From Dehalococcoidia bacterium (GTDB lineage: Bacteria > Chloroflexota > Dehalococcoidia > UBA2979), in contig OZ253555.1 in assembly GCA_965262725.1 (NCBI GenBank), positions 2,272,001 to 2,336,000 on the forward strand: a DNA stretch of 64,000 bases. Direction: 5' to 3'. This document shows, piece by piece, positions 1-10,367 of the stretch. The translations under genes and the position numbers were made by a program. The first letter of the stretch is position 1, and the number at the start of each line of letters is the position of its first letter. The notes beneath the pieces were generated by a model. It was given only the letters and a program-made list of their open reading frames with translations. It made no database searches and was not told the origin of the DNA.

Positions 1-242
1 TACCCCTCGGCGGTCGGCCGGCCGGGCAGCGGGTCCGACATCCCGTAGCCGGGCGTGTCGGGGGCCAGCACGCGGACACCCGCCGCCGCGAGCCGGGGGT
101 AGGCCGCCTCCCACTGGAGCCCGGAGCTCGGCGTCTGGTGCAGGAGCAGGAGCGGCTCCCCGGCGCCCCCCTCGCGGTAGTGCAGCTGGCCGGCGTCGAG
201 ATCGATGTAACCCCGCCGCGGTCCCCGCATCGTCGTCGTCAT
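1..242 (-). CDS. alpha/beta hydrolase (3' end outside the window)
   Basis: Translated by hand: MTTTMRGPRRGYIDLDAGQLHYREGGAGEPLLLLHQTPSSG...RVLAPDTPGYGMSDP; GGAGG SD before ATG at 242. Confidence 0.85.
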   Translation of the reverse strand, partial: MTTTMRGPRRGYIDLDAGQLHYREGGAGEPLLLLHQTPSSGLQWEAAYPRLAAAGVRVLAPDTPGYGMSDPLPGRPTAEG

Positions 243-376
243 TGCGCCTCCGGTCGCTCCTCGGGTGCCGGCGCATCGTAGCGCGTGCGCCAGCCGGGCG
301 GACGCCGGCTCTGGACGTGGGCGGGCGGTTCGGGCATGGTGCCGGCGGCGCGGACGCGTCGGCCTCGGGGGCAGTA

Positions 377-1471
377 GTGCGCTTCAGTACGTTCCACCAG
401 CCGCTCGCCCCGACCAGCGGCGACGACCGCCGTGTGATAGGCGAGCAGATCGAGCAGGTCGTCGTGGCCGAGGAGCTCGGCTTCCGGACGGCGTGGCTGA
501 CCGAGCACCTCTTCAACGCCACCTGCGCCTACGGCGACCCCACGCTCATCGCGGCCGCGCTCTCCCAGCGGACGACACGCATCCGCATCGGCTTCGCCGT
601 ACTCCAGATGGCGATGACGCATCCCTCGCGGCTCGTGATCCAGGCCGGGGTTCTCGACAACCTGCTCGACGGGCGTCTCACCATCGGGCTCGGCCGCGGC
701 TCCGCCTTCAACCCGGGCGAATACGCGGCATTCGGGCGCTCGCCGGACGAGGAGCGCGACCGACGGCGGATGTTCGAAGCGATCGAGCTGATGGAGCGCG
801 CGTGGGCCGGAGAGGGCGAGTTCGCTGGCGAGCACTTTCGGGTGACCATCTCGGAGGTCCACCCTGTGCCCGTCCAACGGCCGCACCCGCCGATCGTGCT
901 CTCGGTGCTCTCGGATGAGACGCTCGGTTGGGCAGCGCGGCACGGGCACTCGGTGCTGATGCCGCGCCTGGAGATCGGGCGCGCCGTCAACCGCCTCGCG
1001 TTCTTCCGGGAGGCACTGCGCGAGGCGGGGCACGATGGCGAGACCATCGAGCGACTGGTCGACGGTTGCGCCATGACCAGGACGATCTACGTCGCGGAGA
1101 GCGACGCCGAAGCGCGGGCGGAACTCGAGGCGGCCGAGACACGCCATCGGCACGGCCGCGCGCCGGACGTCGACGGGCAGGCGCCAACGAGCCCCGATCC
1201 GAGGCTCTGGCAGGCGGAGCCGGCGGCGTCGTCCCCGCCCTCGCCCGATGGCGCCGCCGCCCTCCTCACGAAGACGATCCTGGGCCAGTCGATCGCGGGC
1301 ACTCCTGAGACCGTGCGTGCCGAGATCGAGCGGCTGCGGGCAGCCGGCGTCCCGGAGCTGATGCTCGCCTTCAGCCGGGGCGACATCCCGCACGAGAAGG
1401 TCGTGCGCTCGATGGAGCTCTTCGCCCGCGAGGTGATGCCGGCGTTCGCGGCCGATCCCGCGGCGGTGTAG
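377..1471 (+). CDS. Luciferase-like (LLM class) flavin-dependent monooxygenase
   Basis: MRFSTFHQP..., AEELGFRTAWLTEH, RTTRIRIG, GRLTIGLGRG, PVPVQRPHPPI, IAGTPETV; start moved to GTG 377. Confidence 0.9.
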   Translation: MRFSTFHQPLAPTSGDDRRVIGEQIEQVVVAEELGFRTAWLTEHLFNATCAYGDPTLIAAALSQRTTRIRIGFAVLQMAMTHPSRLVIQAGVLDNLLDGRLTIGLGRGSAFNPGEYAAFGRSPDEERDRRRMFEAIELMERAWAGEGEFAGEHFRVTISEVHPVPVQRPHPPIVLSVLSDETLGWAARHGHSVLMPRLEIGRAVNRLAFFREALREAGHDGETIERLVDGCAMTRTIYVAESDAEARAELEAAETRHRHGRAPDVDGQAPTSPDPRLWQAEPAASSPPSPDGAAALLTKTILGQSIAGTPETVRAEIERLRAAGVPELMLAFSRGDIPHEKVVRSMELFAREVMPAFAADPAAV

Positions 1472-1530
1472 GAGCGAGCGGGGATGCACACGGGGTAGCC
1501 GGGCTGTCGCGTTCACCGAGGGAGACGATC

Positions 1531-2313
1531 ATGCCTCGAGGTTATGTCACCGGCCGCTGGGGCCAGGTGCACTACCGTGCCGCCGGCGAGCGCGGGCCGG
1601 CGGTGCTGCTGGTCCACGAGTCGCCCCTCTCCTCCGAGGAGTACGTCCGGGCGCTGCCGGAGCTCGGCCGCTCCGTGCGCGCGGTCGCCTTCGACACGCC
1701 GGGGTACGGGCAGTCGGACCCGCCCCCCGCGCCACAGGAGATACCCGACTACGCGGCCGCGCTCCTCGAGGCGGCCGACGAGCTGGGCCTCGAAGAGTTC
1801 GCGGTGGTGGGTACGCACACGGGAGCCTCGATCGCCGTCCAGATCGCGGTTCAGGCCGCGCCCGGGCGCGTCACGCACGCTGTGCTCTCCGGCATCCCGC
1901 TGATGAGGCCGGAGACGCGCGCCTCCCTGCTCGCCACGTGGGCCCCGGAGACGCCGCCCCAGGCCGACGGGTCACACTTCGCCGAGGTGTGGGGGCGTTA
2001 CGCGGCGCAGGGCGACCCGCCGCCCGACTTCATTACGACGCTCGCCTGCTCGCTGTTCTCGGTCTGGGACCGCTACAACTGGGCGTACAACGCGGCGTTC
2101 CGCTACGACCCCGCGCCCGACCTGCCGTCGCTGGCCTGCCCGACCCTCTTTCTCACGGCCGCGTCCGACCTGCTGCTGCGCGCCGACGAGCGCGCGCTCC
2201 GGGCCGTTCCGGACGGACGGATGGAGGTCGTCGAGGGGCGCTCGCACCCGCTTCCGTGGTGCGTGCCGGAGCGCTTCGCCCGTGAGATCGCGGACTTCGT
2301 CGGCGCGGGCTAG
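1531..2313 (+). CDS. alpha/beta hydrolase fold protein (GxHxG elbow)
   Basis: GQVHYRAAG, LLVHESP, AFDTPGYGQSD, VVGTHTGA; SD GAGGGAG. Confidence 0.85.
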   Translation: MPRGYVTGRWGQVHYRAAGERGPAVLLVHESPLSSEEYVRALPELGRSVRAVAFDTPGYGQSDPPPAPQEIPDYAAALLEAADELGLEEFAVVGTHTGASIAVQIAVQAAPGRVTHAVLSGIPLMRPETRASLLATWAPETPPQADGSHFAEVWGRYAAQGDPPPDFITTLACSLFSVWDRYNWAYNAAFRYDPAPDLPSLACPTLFLTAASDLLLRADERALRAVPDGRMEVVEGRSHPLPWCVPERFAREIADFVGAG

Positions 2314-3425
2314 ATTGCCCCGTCCCGCCGCGCCGGCACCGCGGCCGCGGGCGCGGGCCCGTCGAGCTGCGGCATGACCTCGGCCGCGAAGTGGCGCATC
2401 GACTCGAGAACGCGCTCATGAGGGAGGTCGCCCCAGCTGAACGCGAGCATGACGCGTCGCACGCCCGCCTCCGCGAGTTCTTCCAGCCTCGCCCGAGCCA
2501 TCTCGGGCGTGCCGATGATGTGGGTCCGCTGGATCACGCGCGAGAAGTCCTCGGCGCCCTCGACCGCCTGGGGCGCCGCGGCCGGCGCCCTCCATGCATC
2601 CATCGGGATCGCGAGCGAGGTCGTATTCAGGGCCCGGGAGTGCGCACGCGCCGCGTTGGCGCGCTCGGTCGCCGCAGCAGCGGTCGCGCGCGCCTGCTGC
2701 TCGCTGTCGGCGAGGTGAATGGAGCGCGAGATCGCGCAGTCGTCGAGCACCCGCTCGATCGTCGCCTCGTCGTGGCCGGCCTCCTCCATTGCGCGCGCGA
2801 AGAACGCCAGCCGCTCGCGGGCGCGACCCACCTCCAGGCGCGGGAGAAGGATCGCGTATCCACGCGCCGCAGCCCACAGCAGCGTGTCGTCGGAGAGGGA
2901 GGACAGCGCGATCGGCGGGTGAGGCCGCTGGATCGGCGCGGGCCGAACACCATGGACCTGCACCTGGAAATGCTCGCCCTCGAAGGGGCTGTGGTCGCCG
3001 GCCCACGCGCGCTCCATCAGCTCGATGGCCTCAAACATGCGCTCGCGCTGGCCCTCCGTGTCCGCGCCGAACCCCGCGTACTCGAACTGGTTGAATGCGG
3101 AGCCGCGGCCGATCCCGATGGTGAGACGCCCGTTGAGCAGGTTGTCGAGCGCGGACGTCTGGATCAGAACGCGCGTCGGATGGTGCAGGGCCATCTGCAG
3201 CACCGCGAAACCAATCCGGATGCGCGTCGTGCGCTGCGAAAGCGCTGCGCCGAAGATCAGCGGGTCGGCGAAGGCGGACTCACCCGTGAAGTTGTGCTCG
3301 GTCAGCCACGCCGTCCCGAACCCGAGGCGCTCCGCTTCCACGATCTGGTCGATCTGCTCGGTCATCACGCGGTGGTCGTCGTCCGCCGACGGCGAGTACG
3401 GTAGGTGGAATGTATCGAACAGCAT
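2310..3425 (-). CDS. LLM class flavin-dependent monooxygenase (paralog of 377..1471)
   Basis: MLFDTFHLP, GFGTAWLTEHNF, GRLTIGIGRG, PIQRPHPPI. Confidence 0.9.
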   Translation of the reverse strand: MLFDTFHLPYSPSADDDHRVMTEQIDQIVEAERLGFGTAWLTEHNFTGESAFADPLIFGAALSQRTTRIRIGFAVLQMALHHPTRVLIQTSALDNLLNGRLTIGIGRGSAFNQFEYAGFGADTEGQRERMFEAIELMERAWAGDHSPFEGEHFQVQVHGVRPAPIQRPHPPIALSSLSDDTLLWAAARGYAILLPRLEVGRARERLAFFARAMEEAGHDEATIERVLDDCAISRSIHLADSEQQARATAAAATERANAARAHSRALNTTSLAIPMDAWRAPAAAPQAVEGAEDFSRVIQRTHIIGTPEMARARLEELAEAGVRRVMLAFSWGDLPHERVLESMRHFAAEVMPQLDGPAPAAAVPARRDGAI

Positions 3426-3669
3426 GGCGGCTCCCGTCGTGGTGCCAGGGCGACCGCCCCGGCTCGTTCGCCTCGCCGGTGCTGCGGGGCGCGCGGCGCT
3501 GGCCGCGCCGCTTGGCCGCGACCGCCGCGAGACTACGATCGTCACGCCGCACGGCGCCAGCGGGCCCGGGAGATGCTCCGGCGATGATGGTGGGTCGTGA
3601 GGCTCCCCCGCGGTCCGACCGGCGGGCTCGCGGACCTCGGGGGACCCGTCCATCCGCGGAGCCCGCCGC

Positions 3670-4872
3670 GTGAGCGGGGAGGACGGCCGGGAGGCCGGGC
3701 CGCACCCGGGGCCGCTCGCGGGGCTCCGCATCCTCGAGCTGGGGGGCGGGCAGCCGGGCGCCTACGCGGGCTGGGTGCTGGCCGGGCTCGGGGCCGAGGT
3801 GGTCGTGCTCACGCTTCGCGACGGGCACGACCGCGCGGCCGGTGCAACCCCGGCTGGCCCGGACGACGTCGCGCTCCACGCCGGCAAACGCCGCCTTCTG
3901 CTCGATGCGTCCCGGCCCGGCGGGCGCGAGGTTGCCCTGCGAGTGGCGGCCCGCTCGGACGCGATCGTCAACAGTCTCTCACCGCGCATCGCCGAGGAAC
4001 TCGGTCTCAGCGTCGACTCGGTGCGCGCGGCCAGCCCGGGAATCGTCTACGCGCAGGCCACGGCGGCCGGTGCGATCGGTGGCGACCCGAACGAGCCTCT
4101 CGCCGACATCGTGGGCCAGGCGGCGGGCGGATTGATGTGGAAGACGGGCCTGGCTGGAAGCCCGCCCACGGCGGCCGGCGCCGCGCTCGGGGACCACGGC
4201 GCCGGTGCCTATCTCCTCGCGGCGACGCTCGGCGGGCTGGCGCAGGCGGCGCTCACCGGACGCGGTGCGCGCGTCGACGTCTCGCTCGTGGGCTCCCAGA
4301 TCGCCCTCCAGTCGTGGGAGATCGCCGCTGAGTCCGTGTTCGGACGCGACAGCGGTCGCGCGGGCCTGGGGCACCCCGAGGTGTCGCCGGGCGCGATCTG
4401 GGGCACCTTCGAGGCGCGCGACGGGTGGATCGTCCTCGGCTCGGTCGACGCCGCTCGCTTCGAGCGACTGAGCGCGCTGATGGATCTCCCGGATCTCTTC
4501 GCGCTCTACCCGGATGACGCGCGACGCTCGGCCGGCATCCCCGACATCGTCGCGCGCCTGCGCACGCGCTTCCCCGATCACGACTGCTCCCACTGGCTCG
4601 GCCTCTTCGCCGAGCACGACATCATGGGCGCGCGCGTGAGCGGCTACGACGACGTGGTCGCGGACGAGCAGGCATGGGCGAACGGCTACCTGCGCACGCT
4701 TGCCGATCCCGCCGGCGCCGCCGTCGCCGGCGCCCCGATCGAGTTCGACGGCGGCGGCGCGTTCGCGGTGCGTAGGCCGCTCGGCGATGAGCACGAGCCC
4801 GGGTCCCTCCTTGAGGAACTCGGATACGGTCCGGATGAGGTCGCGGCGCTGCGCGCGTCCGGCGTGCTCTGA
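3670..4872 (+). CDS. Family III CoA-transferase (CaiB/BaiF), divergent subunit
   Basis: GPLAGLRILEL, LAGLGAEV, GKR, ALGDHGAG, FEARDGWI. Confidence 0.88.
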   Translation: MSGEDGREAGPHPGPLAGLRILELGGGQPGAYAGWVLAGLGAEVVVLTLRDGHDRAAGATPAGPDDVALHAGKRRLLLDASRPGGREVALRVAARSDAIVNSLSPRIAEELGLSVDSVRAASPGIVYAQATAAGAIGGDPNEPLADIVGQAAGGLMWKTGLAGSPPTAAGAALGDHGAGAYLLAATLGGLAQAALTGRGARVDVSLVGSQIALQSWEIAAESVFGRDSGRAGLGHPEVSPGAIWGTFEARDGWIVLGSVDAARFERLSALMDLPDLFALYPDDARRSAGIPDIVARLRTRFPDHDCSHWLGLFAEHDIMGARVSGYDDVVADEQAWANGYLRTLADPAGAAVAGAPIEFDGGGAFAVRRPLGDEHEPGSLLEELGYGPDEVAALRASGVL

Positions 4873-4882
4873 GGAGGAATAC

Positions 4883-6058
4883 GTGACCCGACCGCTCTCC
4901 GGCGTGCGCATCGTGGACTTCACCCTCTACCAGCAGGGCCCGTATGCGACCGTGATGCTCGCCGACATGGGCGCCGACGTGATCAAGGTCGAGCGGCGCG
5001 AGGGCGAGCGCACGCGCGCCTACCAGGACGAGCGCGCGCGCGCCCATCAGAAATGGACCGGCGTCGCCTTCTACATCAACAATCGCCGCAAGAGGAGCAT
5101 CGCGCTCGACGCGCGCACCCCCGGAGGTCGCGCGATCGTGCTGCGGCTCGCGGCGAGCGCGCACGCCCTCGTCCACAACTTTCGCCCGGGCGTCATGGAG
5201 CGGCTCGGCCTGGGCTACGAGGACCTGCGCGAGGCGAATCCGGCGATCGTCCACGCCCGTGCCTCGGGCTGGGGTCCGCGCGGTCCGCGGGCACGCCAGG
5301 CCAGCGTCGATCTCATCGCGCAGGCTGCGGGCGGGCTGATGTCTCGCACCGGCTTTCCGGGGGATCCGCCGCTTCCTCTCGGGGCGGCGGTCGCGGACCA
5401 GCTGGGGGCGATCCATCTCTGTGCCGGCATCCTCGCCGGTATCGTCCGCGCGTCGCGAGTCGGCGAGGGGAGCGAGGTCGACGTCTCCCTGTTCGGGAGC
5501 CAGATCGCCGCGCAGGGCCCGGAGCTCGCCGCACATGCGATGGGAGAACCGCCGCCCTCGCGCGGGGGGGCGGGCGAGGGGCTTCGGCGGCCGGATCACG
5601 CGGTGTCGGGCGTCTTCGCCACGTCGGACGGCTGGATCGCGCTGGCGGCGACCGAGGCGGCGCTCCCCCGCCTGCACGCGGCGCTCGAAGCGACCACGCC
5701 CGCAGGCGCACGGGCGGAGGAGGTCGACGCGGCCGTGCGCCTGCGGCTGGGGCACGGAACGACGGCCGCGTGGCTGGAGCAACTCTCCGCCCTGGACGGA
5801 GTCGCCGTCGGCCCCGTCCGGCGTTATGCGGAGATCCTCGACGACCCGCGCGCTCGCGCCAACGGCTACATCGTCGACCTGGACCACCCCGTGTGGGGAC
5901 GCCGAGCCGTCGCCGGCTCGCCGATCGTCCTTGATGGTGCACCGCTCACAGACCCCGGACGCGTCCCCGAGGTCGGCGAGTCAACCGAACTCGTGCTCGA
6001 GGAACTCGGCTACGGCTGGGACGAGATCACGGCGCTCCGCGAGGAGGCCGTGATCTGA
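4883..6058 (+). CDS. Family III CoA-transferase (CaiB/BaiF)
   Basis: PLSGVRIVDFT..QQGPYA..LADMGADVIKVE, NRRKRSI, HNFRPGVMERLGLGYE, AVADQ; GAGGAGG SD before GTG 4883. Confidence 0.93.
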   Translation: MTRPLSGVRIVDFTLYQQGPYATVMLADMGADVIKVERREGERTRAYQDERARAHQKWTGVAFYINNRRKRSIALDARTPGGRAIVLRLAASAHALVHNFRPGVMERLGLGYEDLREANPAIVHARASGWGPRGPRARQASVDLIAQAAGGLMSRTGFPGDPPLPLGAAVADQLGAIHLCAGILAGIVRASRVGEGSEVDVSLFGSQIAAQGPELAAHAMGEPPPSRGGAGEGLRRPDHAVSGVFATSDGWIALAATEAALPRLHAALEATTPAGARAEEVDAAVRLRLGHGTTAAWLEQLSALDGVAVGPVRRYAEILDDPRARANGYIVDLDHPVWGRRAVAGSPIVLDGAPLTDPGRVPEVGESTELVLEELGYGWDEITALREEAVI

Positions 6059-6158
6059 GGAAGCGGGTGGGACGGGAACCCTTCGCCGGAACGCGCCTGC
6101 GACCGGTGTAGTAGGCTCCCCCGGAGCCGCTAGACCGCGGTCGCCGAGGGGGAGACCG

Positions 6159-7367
6159 ATGGACTGGTCGGATACGCCGGAGGAGGCCACGTTCCGCGCG
6201 GACGTGCGCGCGACGATCGCGGAGCGGTTGCCCGCTGTCTACTCGGACGCGGAGGCGCGGCTGCGCCGCCGCACCGTCCGCGTCTGGCGCGAGGACTTCT
6301 TCTCGGACGACCCCGCCAGGCGGGAGAAGGCCATCGCCTGGCGCGACGCGCTCGCCGGGCTCGGCTGGACGGCTCCGGGATGGCCCCGCGAGAAGGGCGG
6401 CGCAGGGATGTCGCTAGTGCAGCGCCGCATCCTCGGGGAGGAGCTCGCCGCCGCCGACGCGCCGGGCCTCGGCGTCGCGAGCGTCGACCTGTTCGCCCAA
6501 CACGCGAGCGAGCGACACCAGCGGGAGCACATCCCGCGCATTCTCGCCGGTGAGGCGCTCTTCGCCGGGGGATACTCGGAGCCGGGCTCGGGCTCCGACC
6601 TGGCATCGCTCTCGACCCGTGCGGTGCGCGACGGCGACGACTTCATCGTCGACGGGCAGAAGATATGGAGCTCGGGCGCGCACGAGGCCGACTGGATGAT
6701 GGTGCTCGTGCGGACCGACCCGGAGGCGCCGAAGCACCGCGGCATCTCGATGCTACTGGTCGACCTGCACTCGCCGGGCGTCCAGATCATGCCGCTCCCG
6801 AACATCACGTATGGGCACAGCTTCAACGAGACCTACTTCGACGGCGTGCGCGTGCCGGCCGAGAACCTGCTCGGTGCGGAAAACGAGGGCTGGCGCGTGG
6901 CGATGTCCGGGTTCGAGGCGGAGCGCTCGACGGAGTACAACGCGGACGTCTCCCGGAGGCGGCTGCGTGAGCCCCTCGCCTTCGCGCTCAGCGAGCGTGG
7001 CCGGCGGCAGGCGCCGATGGGCTCAGCACTCCGCGACGCCGTCGCCGACCGCGCCATCGAGATCGAGGTGGGCGCGCAGTTCACGCTGCTCATCGGCTCG
7101 CTCCACGGACGCGGCGAGCCGCTTGGCTACGTACCTTCGGCGACAAAACTCCACGGATCGCACACGCTACAGCGGACCACGGAGACGACGATGCGTCTCC
7201 TCGGGCTCTACTGTCAGCTCTGGGATCCCGACGAGCCGCGCGCTCCGCTCTTCGCCGCAGTGCCCTACCACTTCCTCTACTACATCTCCGCGACGATCGG
7301 CGGCGGCACCTCCGAGATCCAGCGCAACGTGATCGCCACGCGCGGGCTGGGGCTGCCGAGGGGCTAA
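6159..7367 (+). CDS. Acyl-CoA dehydrogenase family protein
   Basis: GYSEPGSGSDLASL, VDGQKIWSS, FNETYFDGVRVP, TIGGGTSEIQRNVIA. Confidence 0.93.
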   Translation: MDWSDTPEEATFRADVRATIAERLPAVYSDAEARLRRRTVRVWREDFFSDDPARREKAIAWRDALAGLGWTAPGWPREKGGAGMSLVQRRILGEELAAADAPGLGVASVDLFAQHASERHQREHIPRILAGEALFAGGYSEPGSGSDLASLSTRAVRDGDDFIVDGQKIWSSGAHEADWMMVLVRTDPEAPKHRGISMLLVDLHSPGVQIMPLPNITYGHSFNETYFDGVRVPAENLLGAENEGWRVAMSGFEAERSTEYNADVSRRRLREPLAFALSERGRRQAPMGSALRDAVADRAIEIEVGAQFTLLIGSLHGRGEPLGYVPSATKLHGSHTLQRTTETTMRLLGLYCQLWDPDEPRAPLFAAVPYHFLYYISATIGGGTSEIQRNVIATRGLGLPRG

Positions 7368-7524
7368 GCCACCGCGACAGGGGAGGCGGGGCGCCGCCGG
7401 GGTGAGCCCCGTGCGCGAGGCCGGGCGCAGGCCCCCGGGCTATTCTCGACATCGCTCGAGTGGGCATGTACGGTCGCAGCGTCAGCGCCCGGAGGGCGCA
7501 GCTTCCACCGACGGGGGATGGCCA

Positions 7525-8442
7525 GTGGACACCGCATACATGGCTCGGCGCGCTATGCAGTTTGCCGTCGTCCTGTGGCTCCTCGTCACGATCCTCTTCA
7601 TCATCCCCAGGCTCCAGGGCGATCCGATCCTCCTGCTCACGGAGGGTGATATCGAGCCCGCGGAGGTGGAGCTGCTGCGCATCGCCTACGGGCTCGACCG
7701 ACCGGTCGTTGTCCAGTACATCGACTACCTCGGCAGCCTCGCGACCGGCGACCTGGGGACCTCAATCAAGACCAGCCAGGAGGTCACCGACCTCATCGGG
7801 CAGCGCATCCGCCGCACGCTGCCGCTCGTCATCCCGGCGAAGTTCCTCTCCCTCTTCGTCGCCATCCCGCTGGGAACCATCGCTGCCGTCAAACGCGGGG
7901 GAATCGATGTCTTCGCCGTGGGGATTTCCCTGCTCTTCCAGTCCGTTCCCAATTTCTTCGTCGCGATCCTGTTGATCTTGATCTTCGGCGTGAAGCTCCA
8001 GTGGCTGCCCACGTTTGGCAGCGGGGGGATTGATCACCACATCCTCCCGGTGCTGGTTCTCGCCGCCTACCCGATCGCCCGGTACACGCGGCTGATGCGC
8101 GCCCAGGTGAGCGAGGCCATGCACTCCGACTACGTGCGCACGGCGCGGGCGAAGGGCCTTGCGGAGGCCTCGGTGGTCCGGAGGCACGTGATGCGGAACG
8201 CTCTACTCCCGATCGTCACGCTGGTCGGCCTCGACTTCGGCACGCTCGTTGGCGGATCGATCATCATCGAGGCCGTCTTCAGCTGGCCCGGGTTCGGCAC
8301 GCTCACGCTCGACGCGGTCCTGCGCAAGGACTACCCCGTCATCCAGGGTGCGGGGCTGACGATCGGCCTCCTCGTCCTCACGGGCAGCCTTCTGGCGGAC
8401 CTCGCCTACGGGTATATCGACCCGCGCGTCCGGCGGCGGTGA
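7525..8442 (+). CDS. Peptide/nickel ABC transporter permease (DppB/OppB-like)
   Basis: GLDRP..QY, GDLGTS, DYVRTARAKGL, RNALLP, EAVFSWPG, DPRVR; start GTG 7525 or ATG 7540. Confidence 0.92.
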   Translation: MDTAYMARRAMQFAVVLWLLVTILFIIPRLQGDPILLLTEGDIEPAEVELLRIAYGLDRPVVVQYIDYLGSLATGDLGTSIKTSQEVTDLIGQRIRRTLPLVIPAKFLSLFVAIPLGTIAAVKRGGIDVFAVGISLLFQSVPNFFVAILLILIFGVKLQWLPTFGSGGIDHHILPVLVLAAYPIARYTRLMRAQVSEAMHSDYVRTARAKGLAEASVVRRHVMRNALLPIVTLVGLDFGTLVGGSIIIEAVFSWPGFGTLTLDAVLRKDYPVIQGAGLTIGLLVLTGSLLADLAYGYIDPRVRRR

Positions 8443-8664
8443 GCGCCGGGCCGGCGCGACGCCCCGCTCGTCGCATCGCCCTCGGGTCTCGCGATGCCAG
8501 GGGGGTGGCGGAGGGGCTCTCGCTTGCCGGAGGAAGGCGGTCGGGTGTCCGTCGTGACGCCGCATCGGTGAGCCCGGGCACGATACCGTCAGGCACTGTA
8601 GACTGCGCGTGGTATCGGCCCGGGGTGGCCGTGTGAAAAAAGAGAGAGTGGAGGACTGTCAGAC

Positions 8665-10350
8665 ATGGAAGAGTTGAGGACCTTGCTCGGCAGGCGCAGC
8701 TTCCTGCGGGGAGCCGCGCTCGGCGGTGTCGGGCTCGCGACGGCAGCCGTTATCGGCTGCGGCGACGGCGACGATGACGACGTGGCGGCGCCAGCCCCCG
8801 CCGCCACGCCCGCACCGCTGCAGGCCACCGCGACGCCGACCGCCTCGACGGCAGCGGCCACGCCCACGCCTACCGCCCAGCCGCCAGAGACCGTGAAGAC
8901 CGGGAGCATGACGATCGCGGTCCAGAGCAGCGTCGGCGAGACCCTGGACCCGAACTCCACGGCGGCGATCGCCGGCGACTACGCCGGCATCTTCGACCAG
9001 CTGCTGCGACGGGATCCGCAGACGAACCAGTACGTGCCCGAGGGACTCGCGTCCTCCTGGGAGTTCGACACGAGCAACCAGACGCGATGGCTCTTCAACC
9101 TCCGCGAGGCCGATTGGAACGACGGCACTCCCTTCACGGCCGATGATGTCAAGTTCAGCCTCGAGTACATCACCAACCCGGACAACAAGTCGCGGCTGAT
9201 CTCGCGACTCAACACCGTCGATCACGTGGAGGTCATCGACCCCCGCACGGCCGTGGTCGTCACGAAGGCACCGGACCCGATCCTCGATCGGCGCATGATC
9301 TCGAGCTGGGTCCTCCCGAAGCACATCTACGAGGACGCGTCGAAGGGTGCCGAGTGGCAGGCGCTCAGCGGGACCCCGGTCGGGACCGGGTCCTACGTCG
9401 TTGACAAGTGGATCCAGGCGGAGCGGACGGACCTGGTTGCGAGCGCGAGTTCGTGGCGCGGCAACAAGGGCGTGATCGAGGCTGTCGGGGCCAACATCAC
9501 CGAGGGGTCGACGCGCACGGCCGCGTTCGAGGCCGGCGATGTCTCGGCGATCGCTGCCCCCCTGCTCGAGGTTAGTCGCCTGCAGGGCCTGCACAACGGC
9601 GGCGTCACCGCCGCGGTCAACGTCAGCAACGCGCACACGAACTTCTCGGTGGAATACCACGAGGGACCGACGTCCGACCTGCGCGTGCGCCTGGCGCTCG
9701 CCCACGCGCTCGACAACGCGAGCTACGCCGGCCTCTACGAGGGCTTCGCCGAGGAGATGCAGGGGCAGCAGCTGACGCGCTCCGACTTCGGATTCAACCC
9801 GAACGTCGGCCCGTACGGCTACAACCAGGAGATGTCGCGGACGCTGCTCAAGGACGCCGGCTTCGCGGGCGGCTTCGATGCCCCCATCGGGCAGCTCACG
9901 GGTAACGATCCCGTCGTCGACGCCCACACGCTGGCCGTGAAGGATGCCCTCGACCAGATCGGCCTGAACACGAGCATCGTGAACATCGATGTCAGCACGT
10001 GGCGCGATCACATCTACGGCCGGACGCCGCGGATCATGCTCGAGCGCTGGGCCTTCAGCGGGATCGGACAGCACGACGCGTCGTTCGCGCTCAGCTGGTC
10101 GGAGGGCAGCCAGCCGTCGAAGTTCTACGCCAATGCCGATTTCGACCGGGCGTTCAACACGGCGATCACGACGATGGACTCCTCGGCACGTGAGAAAGTG
10201 TTCTGGGAGGCCGTGCAGGTCATGCACGACGACCCGCCCGCCGTGTGGTCGACCACGCGGCCGTCGGTCGTTGCGTGGCGCAGCGACCAGTACGATCTCT
10301 CGCTCTGGGAGCGGCCGACCATCTTCTTCGACCAGGTGGCGATCATCTGA
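8665..10350 (+). CDS. ABC transporter substrate-binding protein family 5, Tat lipoprotein
   Basis: RRSFLRG twin-arginine motif, lipobox-like IGC, Ala/Thr/Pro linker, WNDGTPFTADDVKFS, PVGTGSY, DLRVRLAL. Confidence 0.9.
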   Translation: MEELRTLLGRRSFLRGAALGGVGLATAAVIGCGDGDDDDVAAPAPAATPAPLQATATPTASTAAATPTPTAQPPETVKTGSMTIAVQSSVGETLDPNSTAAIAGDYAGIFDQLLRRDPQTNQYVPEGLASSWEFDTSNQTRWLFNLREADWNDGTPFTADDVKFSLEYITNPDNKSRLISRLNTVDHVEVIDPRTAVVVTKAPDPILDRRMISSWVLPKHIYEDASKGAEWQALSGTPVGTGSYVVDKWIQAERTDLVASASSWRGNKGVIEAVGANITEGSTRTAAFEAGDVSAIAAPLLEVSRLQGLHNGGVTAAVNVSNAHTNFSVEYHEGPTSDLRVRLALAHALDNASYAGLYEGFAEEMQGQQLTRSDFGFNPNVGPYGYNQEMSRTLLKDAGFAGGFDAPIGQLTGNDPVVDAHTLAVKDALDQIGLNTSIVNIDVSTWRDHIYGRTPRIMLERWAFSGIGQHDASFALSWSEGSQPSKFYANADFDRAFNTAITTMDSSAREKVFWEAVQVMHDDPPAVWSTTRPSVVAWRSDQYDLSLWERPTIFFDQVAII

Positions 10351-10367
10351 TCGAAGTAGTCGCGTGC

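Noticed and set aside
8785-8885. Low-complexity repeat (APAATP/TPTPT)
   Set aside because: An ordinary flexible Pro/Thr/Ala linker of a lipoprotein
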